Shown here: one piece after another, positions 56,801 through 64,000 of the stretch
Layout: each line of letters starts with the position of its first letter
How positions within the stretch are numbered: position 1 is the first letter of the stretch
NCBI RefSeq assembly: GCF_009914755.1
Contig: NC_060925.1
Length of the DNA: 64,000 nt
Source of the DNA: the human T2T-CHM13v2.0 reference genome, Homo sapiens
Strand: one strand, 5' to 3'
Notes under the pieces: model-generated
Told to the model about the DNA's origin: nothing
The model's input: the letters and a program-made list of their open reading frames with translations, nothing else
The model's database searches: none
Made by a program: the position numbers and the translations under genes

Positions 56801-59800
56801 CGGAAAAAAACGGAATTATCGAATGGAATCGAAGAGAATCTTCGAACGGACCCGAATGGAATCATCTAATGGAATGGAATGGAATAATCCATGGACTCGA
56901 ATGCAATCATCATCGAATGGAATCGAATGGAATCATTGAATGGACTCGAATGGAATAATCATTGAACGGAATCGAATGGAATCATCATCGGATGGAAATG
57001 AATGGAATCATCATCGAATGGAATCGAATAGAATTATGGAATGAAATCCAGTGTGATCATCATCGAATGGACCCGAATGGAATCATCATCCAACGGAAGC
57101 TAATGGAATCAACATCGAATGAATCGAAAGGAAACACCATCGAATTGAAACGAATGGAATTATCATGAAATTGAAATGGATGGACTCATCATCGAATGGA
57201 TTCGAATGGAATCATCGAATAAAATTGATTGAAATCATCATCGAATGGAATCGAATGGTATCATTGAATGGAATCGAATGGAATCATCATCAGATGGAAA
57301 TGAATGGAATCGTCATAGAATGGAATCGAATGGATTCATTGAATGGAATCAGATGGAATCATCGAATGGACTCGAATGGAATAATCATTGAACGGAATCG
57401 AATGGAATCATCATCGGATGGAAACGAATGGAATCATCATCGAATGGAAATGAAAGGAGTCATCATCTAATGGAATTTCATGGAATCATCATCAAATGGA
57501 ATCGAATGGAATCAACATCAAATGGAATCAAATGGAATCATTGAACGGAATTGAATGGAATCGTCATCGAATGAATTGAATGCAATCATCGAATGGTCTC
57601 GAATGGAATCATCTTCAAATGGAATGGAATGGAATCATCGCATAGAATCGAATGGAATTATCATCGAATGGAATCGAATGTTATCAACATCAAACGGAAA
57701 ATAACGGAATTATCGAATGGAATCGAAGAGAATCATCGAACGGACCCGAATGGAATCATCTAATGGAATGGAATGGAATAATCCACGGACTCGAATGCAA
57801 TCATCGTCGAATGGAATCGAATAGAATCATCGAATGGACTCGAATGGAATAATCATTGAACGGAATCGAATGGAATCATCATCGGATGGAAACGAATGGA
57901 ATCATCATCGAATGGAATCGAATAGAATTATGGAATGAAATCCAGTGTGATCATCATCGAATGGACCCGAATGGAATCATCATCCAACGGAAGCTAATGG
58001 AATCAACATCGAATGAATCAAATGGAAACACCATCGAATTGAAACGAATGGAATTACCATGAAATTGAAATGGATGGACTCATCATCAAATGGATTCGAA
58101 TGGAATCATCGAATAAAATTGATTGAAATCATCATCGAATGGAATCGAATGGTATCATTGAATGGAATCGAATGGAATCATCATCAGATGGAAATGAATG
58201 GAATCGTCATAGAATGGAATCGAATGGATTCATTGAATGGAATCAGATGGAATCATTGAATGGACTGGAATGGAATCATTGAATGGACTCGAAAGGGATC
58301 ATTATTGAATGGAATTGAATGGAATCATCGAATGGTCTCGATTGGAATCATTATCAAATGGAATCGAATGGAATCACCGAATAGAATCGAATGGAACAAT
58401 CATCGAATGGACTCAAATGGAATTATCCTCCAATGGAATGGAATGGAATTATCGAATGCAATCGAATGGAATTATCGAATGCAATCGAATAGAATCATCG
58501 AATGGACTCGAATGGAATCATCGAATGGAATGGAATGGAACAGTCAATGAACTCGAATGGAATCATCATTGAATGGAATCGAATGGAATCATCGAGTGGA
58601 ATCGAATGGAATTATGATCAAATGGAATCGAATGTAATCATCATCAAATGGAATCAAAAATAACCATCATCAATTGGTATTGAATGGAATTGTCATCAAA
58701 TGGAATTCAAAGGAATCATCATCAAATGGAACCGAATGGAATCCTCATTGAATGGAAATGAAAGGGGTCATCATCTAATGGAATCGCATGGAATCATCAT
58801 CAAATGGAATCGAATGGAATCATCATCAAATGGAATCTAATGGAATCATTGAAAAGAATTGAATGGAATCGTCATCGAATGAATTGAATGCAATCATCGA
58901 ATGGTCTCGAATGGAATCATCTTCTAATGGAAAGGAATGGAATCATCGCATAGAATCGAATGGAATTATCATCGAATGGAATCGAATGGTATCAACACCA
59001 AACGGAAAAAAACGGAATTATCGAATGGAATCGAAGAGAATCTTCGAACGGACCCGAATGGAATCATCTAATGGAATGGAATGGAATAATCCATGGACTC
59101 GAATGCAATCATCATCGAATGGAATCGAATGGAATCATCGAATGGACTCGAATGGAATAATCATTGAACGGAATCGAATGGAATCATCATCGGATGGAAA
59201 CGAATGGAATCATCATCGAATGGAAATGAAAGGAGTCATCATCTAATGGAATTGCATGGAATCATCATAAAAGGGAATCGAATGGAATCAACATCAAATG
59301 GAATCAAATGGAATCATTGAACGGAATTGAATGGAATCGTCATCGAATGAATTGAATGCAATCATCGAATGGTCTCGAATGGAATCATCTTCAAATAGAA
59401 TGGAATGGAATCATCGCATAGAATCGAATGGAATTATCATCGAATGGAATCGAATGGAATCAACATCAAACGGAAAAAAACGGAATTATCGAATGGAATC
59501 GAAGAGAATCATCGAATGGACCCGAATGGAATCATCTAATGGAATGGAATGGAATAATCCATGGACTCGAATGCAATCATCATCGAATGGAATCGAATGG
59601 AATCATCGAATGGACTCGAATGGAATAATCATTGAACGGAATCGAATGGAATCATCATCGGATGGAAATGAATGGAATCATCATCGAATGGAATCGAATA
59701 GAATTATGGAATGAAATCCAGTGTGATCATCATCGAATGGACCCGAATGGAATCATCATCCAACGTAAGCTAATGGAATCAACATCGAATGAATCGAATG

Positions 59801-61520
59801 GAAACACCATCGAATTGAAACGAATGGAATTACCATGAAATTGAAATGGATGGACTCATCATCGAATGGATTCGAATGGAATCATCGAATAAAATTGATT
59901 GAAATCATCATCGAATTGTATCGAATGGTATCATTGAATGGAATCGAATGGAATCATCCTCAGATGGAAATGAATGGAATCGTCATAGAATGGAATCGAA
60001 TGGATTCATTGAATGGAATCAGATGGAATCATCGAATGGACTGGAATGGAATCATTGAATGGACTCGAAAGGGATCATTATTGAATGGAATTGAATGGAA
60101 TCATCGAATGGTCCCGATGGAATCATTATCAAATGGAATCGAATGGAATCACCGAATAGAATCGAATGGAACAATCATCGAATGGACTCAAATGGAATTA
60201 TCCTCACATGGAATCGAATGGAATTATCGAATGCAATCGAATGGAATTATCGAATGCAATCGAATAGAATCATCGAATGGACTCGAATGGAATCATCGAA
60301 TGGAATGGAATGGAACAGTCAATGAACTCGAATGGAATCATCATTGAATGGAATCGAATGGAATCATCGAGTGGAATCGAATGGAATTATGATCAAATGG
60401 AATCGAATTTAATCATCATCAAATGGAATCAAAAATAACCATCATCAATTGGTATTGAATGGAATTCTCATCAAATGGAATTCAAAGGAATCATCATCAA
60501 ATGGAACTGAATGGAATCCTCATTGAATGGAAATGAAAGGGGTCATCATCTAATGGAATCGCATGGAATCATCATCAAATGGAATCGAATGGAATCATCA
60601 TCAAATGGAATCTGATGGAATCATTGAACAGAATTGAATGGAATCGTCATCGAATGAATTGAATTCAATCATCGAATGGTCTCGAATGTAATCACATTCT
60701 AATGGAAAGGAATGGAATCATCGCATAGAATCGAATGGAATTAACATTGAATGGACTCGAATGGAATCAACATCAAACGGAATCAAGCGGAATTATCGAA
60801 TGGAATCGAAGAGAATCATCGAATGGTCTCGAATGGAATCATCTTCTAATGGAAAGGAATGGAATCATCTCATAGAATCGAATGGAATTAACATTGAATG
60901 GACTCGAATGGAATCAACATCAAATGCAATCAAGCGGAATTGTCGAATGAAATCGAAGAGAATCATCGAATGGACTCGAATGGAATCATCTAATTGAATG
61001 GAATGGAATAATCCACGGACTCGAATGCAATCATCATCGTATAGAATCGAATGGAATGATCGAAAGGACTCGAATGGAATAACCATTGAACGGAATCGAA
61101 TGGAATCATCATCGGATGGAAACGAATGGAATCATCATCGAATGGAAATGAAAGGAGTCATCATCTAATGGAATTGCATGGAATCATCATCAAATGGAAT
61201 CGAATGGAATCATCATCAAATGGAATCAAATGGAATCATTGAACGGAATTGAATGGAATTGTCATCGAATGAATTGACTGCAATCATCCAATGGTCTCGA
61301 ATGGAATCATCTTCAAATGGAATGGAATGGAATCATCGCATAGAATCGAATGGAATTATCATCGAATGGAATCGAATGGTATCAACATCAAACGGAAAAA
61401 AACGGAATTATCGAATGGAATCGAAGAGAATCTTCGAACGGACCCGAATGGAATCATCTAATGGAATGGAATGGAATAATCCATGGACTCGAATGCAATC
61501 ATCATCGAATGGAATCGAAT
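50840..61520 (+). repeat. ~10.6-kb block paralogous to ~26570-37250 (offset 24272 bp)
   Basis: ORF pairs 26915/51187, 27383/51655, 27887/52159, 28691/52963, 29195/53467, 29999/54271, 30971/55243, 32893/57165 and 35563/59835 are all offset by 24272. Both start with an extra GGAAT pentamer before GAACAGTC (~26580, ~50852). Confidence 0.88.
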
Positions 61521-64000
61521 GGAATCATGGAATGGACTCGAATGGAATAATCATTGAACGGAATCGAATGGAATCATCATCGGATGGAAATGAATGGAAT
61601 CATCATCGAATGGAATCGAATAGAATTATGGAATGAAATCCAGTGTGATCATCATCGAATGGACCCGAATGGAATCATCATCCAACGGAAGCTAATGGAA
61701 TCAACATCGAATGAATCAAATGGAAACACCATCGAATTGAAACGAATGGATTTACCATGAAATTGAAATGGATGGACTCATCATCAAATGGATTCGAGTG
61801 GAATCATCGAATAAAATTGATTGAAATCATCATCGAATGTTATCGAATGGTATCATTGAATGGAATCGAATGGAATCATCATCAGATGGAAATGAAAGGA
61901 ATCGTCATAGAATGGAATCGAATGGATTCATTGAATGGAATCAGATGGAATCTTCGAATGGACTGGAATGGAATCATTGAATGGACTCGAAAGGGATCAT
62001 TATTGAATGGAATTGAATGGAATCATCGAATGGTCTCGATTGGAATCATTATCAAATGGAATCGAATGGAATCACCGAATAGAATCGAATGGAACAATCA
62101 TCAAATGGACTCAAATGGAATTATCCTCAAATGGAATTGAATGGAATTATCGAATGCAATCGAATGGAATTATCGAATGCAATCGAATAGAATCATCGAA
62201 TGGACTCGAATGGAATCATCGAATGGAATGGAATGGAACAGTCAATGAACTCGAATGGAATCATCATTGAATGGAATCGAATGGAATAATCGAGTGGAAT
62301 CGAATGTAATCATCATCAAATGGAATCAAAAATAACCATCATCAAATGGAATCAAAAATAACCATCATCAATTGGTGTTGAATGGAATTCTCATCAAATG
62401 GAATTCAAAGAAATCATCATCAAATGGAACCGAATGGAATCCTCATTGAATGGAAATGAAAGGGGTCATCATCTAATGGAATCGCATGGAATCATCATAA
62501 AATGGAATCGCATGGAATCAACATCAAATGGAATCAAATGGAATCATTGAACGGAATTGAATGGAATCGTCATCGAAAGAATTGAATGCAATCATCGAAT
62601 GGTCTCGAATGGAATCATCTTCAAATGGAATGGAATGGAATCATCGCATAGAATCGAAAGGAATTATCATCGAATGGAATCGAATGGAATCAACACCAAA
62701 CGGAAAAAAACGGAATTATCGAATGGAATCGAAGAGAATCATCGAATGGACCCGAATGGAATCATCTAATGGAATGGAATGGAATAATCCATGGACTCGA
62801 ATGCAATCATCATCGAATGCAATCGAATGGAATCATCGAATGGACTCGAATGGAATAATCATTGAACGGAATCGAATGGAATCATCATCGGATGGAAACG
62901 AATGGAATCATCATCGAATGGAATCGAATAGAATTATGGATTGAAATCCAGTGTGATCATCATCGAATGGACCCGAATGGAATCATCATCCAACGGAAGC
63001 TAATGGAATCAACATCGAATGAATCGAAAGGAAACACCATCGAATTGAAACGAATGGAATTACCATGAAATTGAAATGGATGGACTCATCATCAAATGGA
63101 TTCGTATGGAATCATCGAATAAAATTGATTGAAATCATCATCGAATGGAATCGAATGGTATCATTGAATGGAATCGAATGGAATCATCATCAGATGGAAA
63201 TGAATGGAATCGTCATAGAATGGGATCGAATGGATTCATTGAATGGAATCAGATGGAATCATTGAATGGACTGGAATGGAATCATTGAATGGACTCGAAA
63301 GGGATCATTATTGAATGGAATTGAATGGAATCATCGAATGGTCTCGATAGGAATCATTATCAAATGGAATCGAATGGAATCACCGAATAGAATCGAATGG
63401 AACAATCATCGAATGGACTCAAATGGAATTATCCTCTAATGGAATCGAATGGAATTATCGAATGTAATCGAATGGAATTCTCGAATGCAATCGAATAGAA
63501 TCATCGAATGGACTCGAATGGAATCATCGAATGGAATGGAATGGAACAGTCAATGAACTCGAATGGAATCATCATTGAATGGAATCGAATGGAATCATCG
63601 AGTGGAATCGAAAGGAATTATGACCAAATGGAATCGAATGTAATCATCATCAAATGGAATCAAAAATAACCATCATCAATTGGTATTGAATGGAATTGTC
63701 ATCAAATGGAATTCAAAGGAATCATCATCAAATGGAACCGAATGGAATCCTCATTGAATGGAAATGAAAGGGGTCATCATCTAATGGAATCGCATGGAAT
63801 CATCATCAAATGGAATCGAATGGAATCATCATCAAATGGAATCTAATGGAAACATTGAAAAGAATTGAATGGAATCGTCATCGAATGAATTGAATGCAAT
63901 CATCGAATGGTCTCGAATGGAATCATCTTCTAATGAAAAGGAATGGAATCATCGCATAGAATCGAATGGAATTATCATCGAATGGAATCGAATGGTATCA
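52037..64000 (+). repeat. 9598-bp tandem period; second copy runs off the window end
   Basis: ORF pairs 52159/61757, 52409/62007, 52963/62561 and 53467/63065 are offset by 9598 (= 1308+1776+1922+894+1776+1922). Shared GATTTACCATG, GAATGTTATCG, TATGACCAAA and GGAAACATTG. Confidence 0.87.
55121..61634 (+). repeat. Further 4592-bp HOR copy (55121-59712) plus a lone 1922-bp unit (59713-61634)
   Basis: ORF pairs 55243/59835 and 56169/60761 are offset by 4592 and carry the same diagnostic variants as 30849-50800. Confidence 0.9.

Larger units (their letters stand above)
1..64000 (+). repeat. Human satellite 2 (HSat2/HSATII) tandem array, GGAAT-rich strand on +; 1776-bp basic period, probably the chr1q12 1.77-kb family
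   Basis: Seen: continuous GAATGGAATC(ATC)1-2 / TCGAATGGAA motifs from base 1 to 64000 with no unique sequence. This is the reverse complement of the classical HSat2 consensus (ATTCCATTCG)2(ATG)1-2. The landmark recurs at 1776-bp spacing (29195-30971, 33787-35563, 41195-42971, 45787-47563, 53467-55243, 58059-59835). The family call is confident; the chr1 assignment is inferred from the known 1.77-kb period. Confidence 0.97.

Noticed and set aside
304-63265. Roughly 200 short + strand ORFs (MESSSNELN..., MKLKWMD..., MELSSNGIE...) as protein-coding genes
   Set aside because: They overlap in several frames and are low-complexity translations of GAATGGAATC repeats (NGIEWNHRMES). They are freely broken by stops and frameshifting indels between copies and show no recognisable domain.
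1-64000. CRISPR array or other repeat-spacer system
   Set aside because: There are no unique spacers (intervening sequence is itself degenerate repeat), no cas genes, and the context is eukaryotic satellite.
1-64000. Embedded transposon (Alu/L1), unique island or inversion breakpoint
   Set aside because: None seen on reading through. The GGAAT strand stays on + throughout and the longest A runs are only 7-8 nt within the module motif.
1-64000. HSat3 (satellite III) or telomere-like repeat assignment
   Set aside because: Pure (GGAAT)n runs are at most 3-4 pentamers. The dominant CATCATCGAATGGAATCGAATGG motif is diagnostic of HSat2, and there are no TTAGGG tracts.

Overview
The whole 64 kb window is one uninterrupted, single-orientation array of human classical satellite 2 (HSat2/HSATII). 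It is built from (GGAAT)-derived GAATGGAATC/GAATGGAATCATCATC 23- and 26-bp subunits and is dense in TCGA. The basic period is 1776 bp (~840-bp core + two 468-bp modules, typically one EcoRI site in GGAATTCAAAGG), which best fits the 1.77-kb pericentromeric satellite of chromosome 1q12; the chromosome assignment is inferred. I see no genes, RNA genes, transposon insertions, CRISPR array or inversion. All listed ORFs are by-products of the repeat. I found no new protein-coding system. The information lies in the array's architecture. A once-per-unit landmark (GAAATCCAGTGTGATC, 122 bp upstream of the 'MKLKW' ORF start) marks 38 units of varying length (894, 1307/8, 1762-1793, 1922/3, 2194/5, 2686, 2702, 3105 bp). 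These lengths are explained by 468-bp module copy number plus a small set of indels (5, 10, 13, 26, 49, 147, 882 bp). From ~30.8 kb a 4592-bp three-unit higher-order repeat (1922+894+1776) dominates. Larger duplications with offsets of 2195, 4009, 5023, 6768, 9598 and 24272 bp are layered on top, and several breakpoints can be mapped to within 16-30 bp. All periods come from the ORF coordinates and from reading by eye, not from computed alignments.
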